A stretch of 64,000 nt of DNA from IMG/VR virus record IMGVR_UViG_3300025126_000012; one strand, 5' to 3'. The position numbers and the translations under genes are program-made. Origin of the DNA: an uncultured virus (IMG/VR IMGVR_UViG_3300025126_000012). Taxonomy: Duplodnaviria; Heunggongvirae; Uroviricota; Caudoviricetes. The notes below the pieces were generated by a model. That model saw only the letters and a list, made by a program, of their open reading frames with translations, was not told the DNA's origin and did no database searches. Within the stretch, counting starts at the first letter, position 1. Each line of letters begins with the position of its first letter. Positions 37,616 through 47,242 of this stretch are shown here, in pieces.

Positions 37616-39052
37616 ATGGCACAAAAAAGATTTAATGCAAAAAACGGCATTTCAGTAGGCGGGTCAGGCACAGCAACACCGATAGATTTTATCGATGAAA
37701 CCGGTCAAATACTTTCTGGCAGTAGAATATCATTTTTAGCAAATCCAACAATCACGACTGATCAGCCATTATTCAATGGAAATCAGACATGGAATTCAGC
37801 CGCTACTCCCTTCACGGGATTTAGGATAAACATAACTGATGCAGCATCCAATGTAAATTCAAAACTTATTGATATGCAAATAGGTGGTATATCAAAATTT
37901 AATGTCGATAAGGCCGGAAATGCACTAATAACAGGTGATTTGACCGTGCAGGGGGCGACTGTCACGATGAATACTTCGACTGTCGATGTCGAAGATACAA
38001 ATATTACATTAGGCAAAGTTGCAACTCCGACAGATATTACTGCCGATGGTGGTGGTATTACGTTACTCGGTGCAACAAATAAAACATTCAATTGGAATTC
38101 TGCTGGGATTAATTGGGATTCATCTGAAAACATTAATCTAGCATTAGGAAAAACATATAAGATAAACAATGTTTCAGTATTATCTAATACTACATTGGGG
38201 TCAAGTGTTGTAACATCATCATTAACATCACTTGGCACTATCACAACAGGTGTGTGGAATGGTACAGCTGTTGCTGGTCAATATGGTGGAACTGGTGTTG
38301 CTAATACGGGCAAATCAATCACGCTAGGTGGAAATTTAACAACATCTGGAGCATTCAATACAACACTCACGGTTACCGGTGCAACTAATGTAACATTACC
38401 GACAACAGGTACATTAGCTACAACCGGCCTCACCGCCGGCAAAGCCCAGCAAGTCGATCAAACCGTAGCTGCTACTGTCCGGGCTGTAACTACCGACCTC
38501 ACCGGGCAATCCATCGACGGCACGCTCTCCGACACGGGCGTAGCCATTACAGCGTTCCACGGTGTAGCCGGGGTAACCTATAAGCGCAAGTGTCTCGGTG
38601 GTGGTCAGATTATTGCAGGGGCAGGGCTGACCATTCTGCAAGGCGGCGCAAGTATTACTACAGCGGCAAATGATACGTTTGAGGTGTACATGCTCACCGC
38701 TAATACATGTGAGGTGCGGAACTACCAAAGAGCGATTGACACATCCACCGCTAACCATGCGCTGGCAGGCGGGCATTACGGGCAAACTTGGCAGGATGTA
38801 ACTGCGAGCAGAGCTCTTGACGTTATCTACACGAATACAACCGGGAAGACAATCTCGGTTAGCGTTATCTTTACCGGTACATCCAACTATGCAGACATTA
38901 GAATATATGCTCCGGCTCTCGTGGAGCAGAGTACCGGGCCAGCTGCTGGTCGGTTAACTGTTGGCCCCGTAATCGTCCCCGCCGGTGCAATTTATATGGT
39001 GCGAAGGCTCGGCACTGCTGGGGCTATATATGCTTGGACTGAATTGAGATAG
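37616..39052 (+). CDS. Tail fibre with a GC-rich swapped C-terminal tip
   Basis: F.AKNGISVG N-terminus, GDLTVQG.T.T.N...V.VED, C-terminal GQTWQDVTASRA...YTNTTGK.I.VSV...WTELR. Confidence 0.85.
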   Translation: MAQKRFNAKNGISVGGSGTATPIDFIDETGQILSGSRISFLANPTITTDQPLFNGNQTWNSAATPFTGFRINITDAASNVNSKLIDMQIGGISKFNVDKAGNALITGDLTVQGATVTMNTSTVDVEDTNITLGKVATPTDITADGGGITLLGATNKTFNWNSAGINWDSSENINLALGKTYKINNVSVLSNTTLGSSVVTSSLTSLGTITTGVWNGTAVAGQYGGTGVANTGKSITLGGNLTTSGAFNTTLTVTGATNVTLPTTGTLATTGLTAGKAQQVDQTVAATVRAVTTDLTGQSIDGTLSDTGVAITAFHGVAGVTYKRKCLGGGQIIAGAGLTILQGGASITTAANDTFEVYMLTANTCEVRNYQRAIDTSTANHALAGGHYGQTWQDVTASRALDVIYTNTTGKTISVSVIFTGTSNYADIRIYAPALVEQSTGPAAGRLTVGPVIVPAGAIYMVRRLGTAGAIYAWTELR

Positions 39053-39060
39053 GAGGAATC

Positions 39061-39369
39061 ATGAAACATTACAAGAATCCACTAACAGCCGAAATCTACG
39101 CTTATGCCGCCGACGGCTCGCAGGACGCTTATATCAAGCCGGAACTCATCCCTATTTCGGATGCGGAACTGGCCGTCTTGCGCGCACCGACACTAGAGCA
39201 GGTGAAAGAAGCAGCCATCGCAACTATCAAAGGTCGCATAGCCGCACTAGAACAGTCGCAATCAAGAGCGGTACGCGAAGTCCTGCTGGGAGGTCCGACC
39301 GATAGGCTGGCAGCAATAGATGCCCAGATTGTGGCAGCTCGAGCGGAACTAGTGAAGGCGATGGCATGA
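39061..39369 (+). CDS. Tail fibre assembly/chaperone-like protein
   Basis: MKHYK....IYAYAADGSQDAYIKP.L.PIS..E; SD AGGAGG; directly follows the fibre. Confidence 0.7.
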   Translation: MKHYKNPLTAEIYAYAADGSQDAYIKPELIPISDAELAVLRAPTLEQVKEAAIATIKGRIAALEQSQSRAVREVLLGGPTDRLAAIDAQIVAARAELVKAMA

Positions 39370-39821
39370 TGTATCCCATCAAAGCCCTTGCTTCGGTCGT
39401 GGTCACGCTGACAGCCTATATGTTCAACTGGCTGTTTGCGTTATTCGTCCAGTCAGACGGCAATCTCCCTCGATGGCTCAAGTGGTTCCAGCCATCCGAT
39501 AATCTCGCTATCGGGGATGCGCGGTGGAAGGCGGAGCACCCGGGCTACAGCAACTATATGCTTGCTTTAACCTATATGAACCGCAATCCTGCGCAGGGCT
39601 TTGACCAGCTATTGCAAGCCGACGTGTCAGAGAGCACCCCTGTAAAGGTGAGTGGTAACCTTTATATCAGAGTTGGCCCGAAGGGCATTGGCGGCTGGTG
39701 TCTATTGCAAAAGGATACAGTCACAATACCCTCGGTCAGCTTGTGTTCACCCCGGCCAGATTTCATCAATTTTACAGATAAGGAAACAGCATGGAATTTC
39801 GACTGGGACTGCCGGAATTAA
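39366..39821 (+). CDS. Prophage-type hypothetical protein, 3' end possibly decayed
   Basis: N-terminal TM, LPRWLKWFQP.DN...GD..W, RNPA.GF; GC-rich. Confidence 0.6.
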   Translation: MMYPIKALASVVVTLTAYMFNWLFALFVQSDGNLPRWLKWFQPSDNLAIGDARWKAEHPGYSNYMLALTYMNRNPAQGFDQLLQADVSESTPVKVSGNLYIRVGPKGIGGWCLLQKDTVTIPSVSLCSPRPDFINFTDKETAWNFDWDCRN

Positions 39822-39966
39822 TCGCTTTTGCATTGGCAAATGTCAGGCTACCGCAATGAACTTTACAAAAGTTTACGGTTATGCATAATTATGAATTCAA
39901 ATTTTAATAAATAATCATGTAGCTACTTTAACAACTTAACAAAGACTTAACAAAGGAATATCGAAT

Positions 39967-40494
39967 ATGAGTACAGCTAAAATTAAAAAATTAAAAACAC
40001 AGATTTATTTCACCGCAACATGGTTAGCGAATGTATTGACAGTAACAACATCATCAGCACATTATCTGGTGACTGGTGATGTAGTATCAGTAATACCAGC
40101 ATCTGCACTTGATATGACATTAAAGGGGCAAGTAACTGTCCTCTCTCCTACTGAATTTACAATCTCAACAAATCAACCGTACTCATATTTAAGAGGACTC
40201 GTTGAAGTCGATTTCTTCCGAACTGGTCAAACTGGCAGACAAATATTCACATTACCTAGAAGTACTGGAACGGCAGCTGTCATGCAGAGCTTTGTTACTG
40301 GAGCAGGCGGCGCTGCATATAACTTTGACCTATCGTTAGATGGCACACATTGGGTACCAGCAGCATCTGTCACTCATCCGCTTGTAGATGGTGATTCTGA
40401 TTTCCAGACAATTGCTCCAGCTTGGTTATATGCTTCAATTGATATTACTTCAATCGGCGCTGCGACTAAACTTGAAGTATTATATAGCGCATAG
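39967..40494 (+). CDS. Hypothetical late (probably structural) protein
   Basis: Late promoter at 39906, SD AAGGA; beta-rich, T...AH.L.TGD.V motif. Confidence 0.7.
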   Translation: MSTAKIKKLKTQIYFTATWLANVLTVTTSSAHYLVTGDVVSVIPASALDMTLKGQVTVLSPTEFTISTNQPYSYLRGLVEVDFFRTGQTGRQIFTLPRSTGTAAVMQSFVTGAGGAAYNFDLSLDGTHWVPAASVTHPLVDGDSDFQTIAPAWLYASIDITSIGAATKLEVLYSA

Positions 40495-40505
40495 ACATAA
40501 ACCTT

Positions 40506-41999
40506 ATGAATACAACTGCACTCAATGGTATTTCCTCAGATACCATATTGACTGTACGGCCCTCTGATACTCCTTCTGTCGATGCCTTTGGTCGACAACG
40601 CATTTCTCAGCCATTCGGTTTATTTGATAATAAGTTCCTTTCATCTAAAAATCACCTTCTTTGGGATGAGCGATTAACTGGATGTATTATGATTCATGGG
40701 ACTGTAACTGGAACATTTGAAGTTGGGCAAACATTCACTGGTTCAACATCTGAATATCATGGGGTAATTGCATCAGTCGATAATCCGACATCATTCACAT
40801 ATTCAACGATTGATAATTCATTTACAGTTGGAGAAACAATAACAACGGCTACTGGTTCCGCTGTTATAACATCTATTAATACCGGTACTCATGTTGAATA
40901 TCAATATTATAGAGCATCAGTTGCTTTGAAAGTTGGCACATTGCAAGGTCAGAAAGCAATACGTCAGACATTTCGATATTTTCCATATATTTCAGGATAT
41001 TCTCAATTAGTGAATACTACACAGGTATTTAATGAACCAAAAATCGGGCTGAAACAAACTGTAATGTATGGTGATAATCTCAATGGTATTGGCATTGTAC
41101 AAGATGAATTGATAACTAAACTGTTGATTCGTAGTAATACATCAGGTGTTCCAGTTGATAGTTTGTTAGCACAATCTGACTGGAATTTAGATAATCTATC
41201 CGGCAATGGAGTAGAGCATGGCAATCCTTCAGGTGTGAAACTTGATATAACAAAGAATCAGATTCAAACACTTGACTTTCAATGGTTGGGAGTTGGTAGA
41301 ATTCGCTGTGGATTTAATATCGATGGTAAATTGATATATGTCCATGAATTTAATCACGCTACTCTGGCATCTGGCGTTTATATGAGAACTCCCACGTTGC
41401 CAATCAGATATGAGATTGAGAATGTTAGTGCGACGGCTTCTCCGTCTTCCTTAGAGCAAATATGCGCGGCGGTTGCAAGCGAAGGTGGATATGCGATTCC
41501 TGGATTTGAATTCTCTGTATCACATGGTATTACTGAGAGGTCGCTGGCAGATGGGGTTAGGACGCCAATATTAGCCATCAGATTAAAAAATGCATCTGAA
41601 AATGGTGGGATACCAGTAAGAAATACATTAAAATTAATAGATTCTGGCTTATTCGCAAGAGCAGCTGATGTTTATTTTGAATTGGTACATATTCATGAAA
41701 TGAGAAGTTTCACTGGTACATGGATATCAATCGATGATAGCAGTGCTGCAATGATTTCAAAAGACATAACTGCGCTGACTGCCCATCACATTCATGAGAT
41801 TGAAGGTGCCATGGTCGCTACCGGCACGGGGATGAATGCAGGAGCAACAGATGTAATTAATACATCTATTATCAGTAATCATATTTATTTGAGTCAAGAC
41901 ATTGACAGCGAATTGTCAGAAATGTTTGTGATTTACGCAACATCAAGATTTGGTGCAGGATATGCATCAGCTCACATCTCCTGGATTGAATTAGAATGA
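40506..41999 (+). CDS. Putative virion structural protein (DAFGR.R.S family, lectin-like)
   Basis: DAFGRQRISQP..LFD, RQT..YF.Y..G, DFQWLGVGRIR.GF, YM.TP.LP.RYEI. Confidence 0.7.
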   Translation: MNTTALNGISSDTILTVRPSDTPSVDAFGRQRISQPFGLFDNKFLSSKNHLLWDERLTGCIMIHGTVTGTFEVGQTFTGSTSEYHGVIASVDNPTSFTYSTIDNSFTVGETITTATGSAVITSINTGTHVEYQYYRASVALKVGTLQGQKAIRQTFRYFPYISGYSQLVNTTQVFNEPKIGLKQTVMYGDNLNGIGIVQDELITKLLIRSNTSGVPVDSLLAQSDWNLDNLSGNGVEHGNPSGVKLDITKNQIQTLDFQWLGVGRIRCGFNIDGKLIYVHEFNHATLASGVYMRTPTLPIRYEIENVSATASPSSLEQICAAVASEGGYAIPGFEFSVSHGITERSLADGVRTPILAIRLKNASENGGIPVRNTLKLIDSGLFARAADVYFELVHIHEMRSFTGTWISIDDSSAAMISKDITALTAHHIHEIEGAMVATGTGMNAGATDVINTSIISNHIYLSQDIDSELSEMFVIYATSRFGAGYASAHISWIELE

Positions 42000-42460
42000 A
42001 CGGCTTAAATTGTTTTAGAAAAGATTATATAAACTATAGACTGATGAAGATTCTTCTGACATCTGACTTGTTGATTACTCGAGCGGCAGTTGGGTTATCG
42101 TCGATATTGTTTTCAATGGTGTTGTCAGTGCATTATTTATTAACCCCGAATTTTTATGATTTATTTTGGGTATTATTTTCTATGATTCATGGACTTATCA
42201 CATACTGGGCTCTTATAACAGATAGAACGACAAAATACACTTTTGTAGGCGAAGCATTAGCAGGATTTATCTTATGGAATTATACATCACTTTCATTATT
42301 TTTAGAAAATGGAATGATAGAAGCAGGATATAATATAGTCGGCGCTGCGGCAACACCAACTTTTGTTATTGGACTTGCGACATGGTGGATTCTTTCAAGA
42401 TACCCTAGAATAAATACAAAAACATCACAGGATACCAAATGCCGCTCAAAGAAACAATAG
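41996..42460 (+). CDS. Multi-pass membrane protein
   Basis: About four hydrophobic segments. Confidence 0.65.
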   Translation: MNGLNCFRKDYINYRLMKILLTSDLLITRAAVGLSSILFSMVLSVHYLLTPNFYDLFWVLFSMIHGLITYWALITDRTTKYTFVGEALAGFILWNYTSLSLFLENGMIEAGYNIVGAAATPTFVIGLATWWILSRYPRINTKTSQDTKCRSKKQ

Positions 42461-42948
42461 ATGTAATACAACATAGTTCACAAACTGGAAGTGATATATT
42501 CACACTAATATTTTCAATATTAATCGCAGGAGCAGGCGCTGCGCTGTGGATGCGCCGAAAGCTATCTAAGGACTCGCTTGAGATAAAGAAGGATTCAGCA
42601 GAAAGTGATTTGATTCAACACTTAGAAGATGAACGCGATGTCTTAAAAAAGGACAAAGAGCATTTATTTAATCGACTTATTCAGACAGATACAGAAAAAA
42701 ATGAAGCAGTCAATAAGGTAGGGCAATTATCAGTAGAAGTAAAACATTTATCGGCGCAAGTTAATCAATTAGAATTGATGGTAAATACTCTATCACACGA
42801 GTTGAAAAGTGCAACAACAGCGATGCAAGAGCTTGTAATCGAAAATGCAAATCTAAATGCAAAACTTGGTGCAATGAAAGAAATATTTTCTATGAAATGT
42901 GATAATTGTACTTACAAACGAGAGTGTGATTTAACGGGGAGCATTTAA
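42439..42948 (+). CDS. Single-TM coiled-coil protein
   Basis: TM IFTLIFSILIAGAGAALW followed by long heptad repeats. Confidence 0.7.
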   Translation: MPLKETIDVIQHSSQTGSDIFTLIFSILIAGAGAALWMRRKLSKDSLEIKKDSAESDLIQHLEDERDVLKKDKEHLFNRLIQTDTEKNEAVNKVGQLSVEVKHLSAQVNQLELMVNTLSHELKSATTAMQELVIENANLNAKLGAMKEIFSMKCDNCTYKRECDLTGSI

Positions 42949-42952
42949 TAAC

Positions 42953-43285
42953 GTGTTAGAACAATTCCAATTATACCTTCCGCACATTATAATATTTGTA
43001 ATCATTTTTATTATTATGTACAAAGCACACAAGAGTGCAGATTCAGTATTCAATGTTTTTGATTATATCATTGACCCATCTACTAAGAAAGCATCTATTA
43101 CCCGAACAGGTCAAGTGATAGCTATTTTAACGTCAACATGGGCCATCGCTAAAATGACAGCACTTGGTACACTAACTGCCGAAATGTTAGCGATATATCT
43201 AGCAGCACTTGGCGCGTCTTCTGCCTGGTCGAAATATATAGGTGCTAAATTTATAGATAAACACGAAGGCACTAAATTAGAATGA
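42953..43285 (+). CDS. Small three-TM membrane protein (holin candidate)
   Basis: Three hydrophobic helices; D...KKAS..R.G motif. Confidence 0.6.
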   Translation: MLEQFQLYLPHIIIFVIIFIIMYKAHKSADSVFNVFDYIIDPSTKKASITRTGQVIAILTSTWAIAKMTALGTLTAEMLAIYLAALGASSAWSKYIGAKFIDKHEGTKLE

Positions 43286-43641
43286 GTCAATTCACTACAC
43301 CCGCGCAACTTGAGATGCTGGGTGACTTTAAATGGAAATTACTTGTTCCATTTGAATATCATGTCGGAAAATATCCTAGTGAAGATGTCATCACAGTACC
43401 CGCTGGCTTTGTGGCGGATTTAGCAACAATCCCTAGAATATTTTGGCCCATATTGCCACCCCATGGAGAATATGCCAAATCGGCTATCATACATGATTAT
43501 CTATATGTAAATGCAATAGGGGCAAAGAATTATGCAGATTATGTTTTATTTGAATCCATGGGAGTTTTAGGCGTAGCTGCATGGAGAAAATATATCATTT
43601 TTTGGTCAGTAAGATGGTTTGGTCGAGGGAATCATCAATGA
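43282..43641 (+). CDS. DUF1353-family protein
   Basis: ITVPAGF..DLA.IPR..W, Y..SAIIHDYLY, AD....E.M...GV. Confidence 0.85.
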   Translation: MSQFTTPAQLEMLGDFKWKLLVPFEYHVGKYPSEDVITVPAGFVADLATIPRIFWPILPPHGEYAKSAIIHDYLYVNAIGAKNYADYVLFESMGVLGVAAWRKYIIFWSVRWFGRGNHQ

Positions 43642-43718
43642 TTAAATGCGCAAATTGCAATACTTTGCAATATGTTAAGAATAATAGACGATGTATTCAT
43701 TGCGGTGATTATTTGTGA
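43638..43718 (+). CDS. 26-aa zinc-ribbon microprotein (not in the ORF track)
   Basis: MIKCANCNTLQYVKNNRRCIHCGDYL*; two CxxC; ATGA and GTGA overlaps with both neighbours. Confidence 0.6.
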   Translation: MIKCANCNTLQYVKNNRRCIHCGDYL

Positions 43719-43978
43719 TAATCAGATGGCTTAAAGAATATTGGTTTTTAGTTGTGTTCTTATTTGCATCTGGTATGGCATGGGCAGAAACTACAGCTAA
43801 AATTCAAACTATCGAAGATGCAGTTAAATCCCAATCACAAGTACAACAAGAAATTGTACACCTAAAAGAGGGGCAAGCAAAACTTGATGATCGCACAAAA
43901 TTGATGCTAGATGAACAAAAAGAGACACAACAATTATTGCGGCAAATGTTGCTCGAACAGAAAAGGATAAACAAATAA
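43715..43978 (+). CDS. Small TM/signal plus coiled-coil protein
   Basis: Hydrophobic N-terminus then heptad repeats. Confidence 0.65.
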   Translation: MIIRWLKEYWFLVVFLFASGMAWAETTAKIQTIEDAVKSQSQVQQEIVHLKEGQAKLDDRTKLMLDEQKETQQLLRQMLLEQKRINK

Positions 43979-44199
43979 TGACTTATTGGGTAATTACAAA
44001 AGATAATTGGTTTGGTGTGTCACCGATAGATTCAAATTTCAAATCATCAGAAGGTTATACCATATTTAAATTTGATACCGATATTCCTGATATGAAATTT
44101 AATACATGGGACTTTGTCAATAATGAATGGATTAATAATGGATTAGGTAAGTCAAGTAGAGTCGATTTCATTACTAGATTCTCCGCCGCAGGTACTTAA
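43978..44199 (+). CDS. Hypothetical protein
   Basis: 73 aa; TAATG coupling to the upstream gene. Confidence 0.55.
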   Translation: MTYWVITKDNWFGVSPIDSNFKSSEGYTIFKFDTDIPDMKFNTWDFVNNEWINNGLGKSSRVDFITRFSAAGT

Positions 44200-44202
44200 A
44201 CT

Positions 44203-45150
44203 ATGGCAATTAATAGTAGACAACAATTAGCTGATTTTGCACTCAGACAACTCGGTGGCGGCATCAATAATATTGAAATCACACCTGAGCAGATAGAGGA
44301 TAATATAGCACTTGCTATTGAGCATTATCAAGAATATCACTTTGATGGGATAGTGAGAGATTATTTAGTTCACAAAATATCAGGCACAAAATTATTTTTG
44401 GATGATACTACAGGCTTCAAAGTAGGCACTAAAGTCAGTGCTATGGACAATAAAACATTCGCAGAAATTGTCGAGGTATCTACCAATACAATAACGATAA
44501 ATCGCCAAATTGGATACGAAAAATTTGTTATAAATCAAGAGGTTAAAAATAGCGAGTTGTCTAGTACAACATTTATCCGGGAAATTGTTTTAGGAGATGT
44601 TGACAATGGTTGGATTGAAGCAGGCGAAAATATTATTGGTGTAATACGCATATTAAACATAACGAGTGTATTGGGCTCATCTGATTATATGTTCAATATG
44701 CAATATCAGATAATGATGACTGAATTACAAGCGCTAACAAAAGCTGGCGCTAGTATGTATTGGCAGACATTAAATTATCTAGGACATTTGGATTTTATAT
44801 TAAAGAAAGAGAAGAATTTTTCTTTCAACCGGCGCATGAACCGATTGATGTTGGAAATTGCATGGGGTACAGATGTTAGAGTAGGTGATATTGTTGCTGC
44901 CGAAGTATATCATACCATCGACGAAGAAAAGTACACTGAAGTATACAACGATATATGGCTAAAGAATTATGTTACTGCATTGTTTAAAAAGCAGTGGGGG
45001 ACAAATTTAAAGAAATATAAAGGAATGCAATTGCCTGGCGGACTTGTTTATGACGGACAGACCACGTACGACGAAGCCGTACAGGAAATTAAAAACTTGC
45101 AAGATGATGCAATAATTAGCTCGGCTCCATTATCGTTTTTCATAGGATGA
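44203..45150 (+). CDS. 13: Neck protein gp13
   Basis: SRQQL.DFALRQLG, EYHFDG, ND.WLK.YVTAL.K.QWG.NL.KY.GMQLPGG. Confidence 0.95.
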   Translation: MAINSRQQLADFALRQLGGGINNIEITPEQIEDNIALAIEHYQEYHFDGIVRDYLVHKISGTKLFLDDTTGFKVGTKVSAMDNKTFAEIVEVSTNTITINRQIGYEKFVINQEVKNSELSSTTFIREIVLGDVDNGWIEAGENIIGVIRILNITSVLGSSDYMFNMQYQIMMTELQALTKAGASMYWQTLNYLGHLDFILKKEKNFSFNRRMNRLMLEIAWGTDVRVGDIVAAEVYHTIDEEKYTEVYNDIWLKNYVTALFKKQWGTNLKKYKGMQLPGGLVYDGQTTYDEAVQEIKNLQDDAIISSAPLSFFIG

Positions 45151-45151
45151 T

Positions 45152-45970
45152 ATGTCTAGTTTAATTAACCCATTTTTTCACAAGAATAGAGGATTAGAGC
45201 AAAATTTGATAGATGGTTTTGTCCGTGAGTCTATTCAACTCATGGGTGAAACTTATTATTATCTCCCTAGGGACGTACAAATAGAGAATTTAATTCTGGG
45301 AGAGGATGTTGTTAGTAAATTTAAGGTTGCTATACCAATTGAAATGTATCTTGTCGATAGTCAAGGATTCCAAGGCGACAAAGAAATGTTCTCTAAATTT
45401 GGATTAGAAATCAGAAATTCATACAAACTCGTAGTGCATAAAACTCGATGGGAAGATGAAATAGCATCACAATTTGATAATAATCAATTTAAAGTACTAA
45501 AAGAACAGGGAGTAGGATTTATATTATTGGAGGAAGGGTCTGTTCTGCTCGGCGAAAATACGACAGACGAATCAATATATGATATAACTAATTATATCAG
45601 ACCGAGAGAAGGAGATTTAATATATGACCCAATTACAAAATTCCTATTAGAAATTAAATTTGTAGACCATGATGTAGAATTCTTTGCATTAGGAAGAAAT
45701 TATCAGTATTATCTATCCTGCGAAGCATTCCAATATAACAACGAAGAAATTAATACTGGCATAGAAAACATTGATATATTTGCATCGAACTCAAAAGATA
45801 TACTAGATAATCAATTGTTAGCAGAAAATGGATATGCCATAAGTTTTGAACAAGGAGGATTTGTGCTGGTGGATGATACGCCTATCATAAGTATAAGAGA
45901 AAGCGGCACTGATTTTAAACCTGGTGCTATAAAAGTTAAATCAACTGTAATTAACCCATTCGGAGTATGA
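45152..45970 (+). CDS. 14: Neck protein gp14
   Basis: EQNLI...V.ESIQ.MG...YYLPR, GED..SKF, SKFGLEI, RPREGDLIY. Confidence 0.95.
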   Translation: MSSLINPFFHKNRGLEQNLIDGFVRESIQLMGETYYYLPRDVQIENLILGEDVVSKFKVAIPIEMYLVDSQGFQGDKEMFSKFGLEIRNSYKLVVHKTRWEDEIASQFDNNQFKVLKEQGVGFILLEEGSVLLGENTTDESIYDITNYIRPREGDLIYDPITKFLLEIKFVDHDVEFFALGRNYQYYLSCEAFQYNNEEINTGIENIDIFASNSKDILDNQLLAENGYAISFEQGGFVLVDDTPIISIRESGTDFKPGAIKVKSTVINPFGV

Positions 45971-46056
45971 TTATGTCAACAATGAAAGAATGCATGGCAG
46001 GACTTGTAGCTGGAATGGAATCTTATTACGCAGCACATAATAGTGGTATGTAATTA

Positions 46057-46818
46057 ATGTCTTTATTCAGCCAAACTCCGTTTTATCACGAATCTATATT
46101 AAGATTTTTCACTGCCTTCGGTGACATATTTTCTGGTATTACTATTACAAAGAGAGATGAAACTGGGAACAAAGTAAAAGTATATGAAGTACCAATTGAG
46201 TACGCGCCAAAAAACAAATGGTTAAGACGTATACGAGAACAAAATGATTTGACTGCGCATCAAGTAAAAATGACATTGCCTAGGATGTCATTTGAAATGA
46301 TTGATATTCGATATGCACCAGATAGAAAAGTTGGAGTGAATGGAGCATACGCAATGGGTAATATAGCAGGGAACAGAGGAAAAATATATCCGCCTACTCC
46401 CTATGATGTTATTTTTAATGTATATGCACTGACCAAAGACCAGAATGATGCTTTGCAAATTATAGAACAAATTATACCTTATTTTCAGCCGTATCTATCA
46501 TTGACATATGAGATATTACCTGAATATCAAATATCAAAAGATGTACCCATTACAATGCAGTCATATCAGATAGAAGATGCATTCGAAGGTTCTCCTGAAG
46601 ATGTTAGAACAGTAAATCAAATTTTTACATTCGCTGCTCAACTGGACTTCTTTGGCCCAATGATTACAAACAGCTCGATAATAAAAGATGTCATTGCTAA
46701 TATCGGTTATGAGTATCAGAAACCAGCTCATACTAAGATTGAAGTTAAGGTCGACCCTATAACATCAAATGTCGATGATGATTATGTAATAAATACATCA
46801 ATAACAACATTGATTTGA
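46057..46818 (+). CDS. 15: Tail sheath stabiliser / terminator gp15
   Basis: FYHE.I.....AFG.IF, VPI.YAPK.K, LPRMSFE, QIIEQI.PYFQP. Confidence 0.95.
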   Translation: MSLFSQTPFYHESILRFFTAFGDIFSGITITKRDETGNKVKVYEVPIEYAPKNKWLRRIREQNDLTAHQVKMTLPRMSFEMIDIRYAPDRKVGVNGAYAMGNIAGNRGKIYPPTPYDVIFNVYALTKDQNDALQIIEQIIPYFQPYLSLTYEILPEYQISKDVPITMQSYQIEDAFEGSPEDVRTVNQIFTFAAQLDFFGPMITNSSIIKDVIANIGYEYQKPAHTKIEVKVDPITSNVDDDYVINTSITTLI

Positions 46819-46822
46819 TAAA

Positions 46823-47242
46823 ATGACTAAAGAATTGGCAATGATTTTCGACGTGAAACCAGTGGAAGTGATAGATAATGCGGGCAATTCAATGACAGTA
46901 GTACCAGATGGTGCAGAGGATGAGGACTTTATTTATGCTAGAACTCGTACTTATGAACTCGCAGAAAAGGGAGCCGAGGCACTCGAAGTCGCAATGCGAA
47001 TAGTTAGAGGAGCAGAAAGCCCCGCTGCTATCACAGCATTGAGTGGACTCATAAAAACGATGTCGGATGTCAATAAGAATTTATTGCTATTAAACAAAGA
47101 TAAAGCAGAAGCAAAGAGTGCTAAATCTGGGCAAAAAACAGGAACAAATGTAGGTACTGCTGTACAAAATCAAACAAATATATTATTTTCGGGAAGCAGC
47201 AAAGATTTAAATCAACTTTTACAGGAACAAATAGCAAAATGA
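46823..47242 (+). CDS. 16: Terminase small subunit gp16
   Basis: DF.YAR....L...G..ALE, ESP.A...LS.LIK, N..F.GS..DL..LL. Confidence 0.88.
   Translation: MTKELAMIFDVKPVEVIDNAGNSMTVVPDGAEDEDFIYARTRTYELAEKGAEALEVAMRIVRGAESPAAITALSGLIKTMSDVNKNLLLLNKDKAEAKSAKSGQKTGTNVGTAVQNQTNILFSGSSKDLNQLLQEQIAK

Noticed and set aside
35095..39052. Fibre-gene repeats as DGR template and variable repeats
   Set aside because: The repeats are in-frame structural units differing mostly at synonymous positions; no reverse transcriptase or non-coding template seen
45967..46053. 28-aa ORF between gp14 and gp15, and a 17-aa ORF at 52554-52607
   Set aside because: Too short and featureless to call, although both fill intergenic gaps
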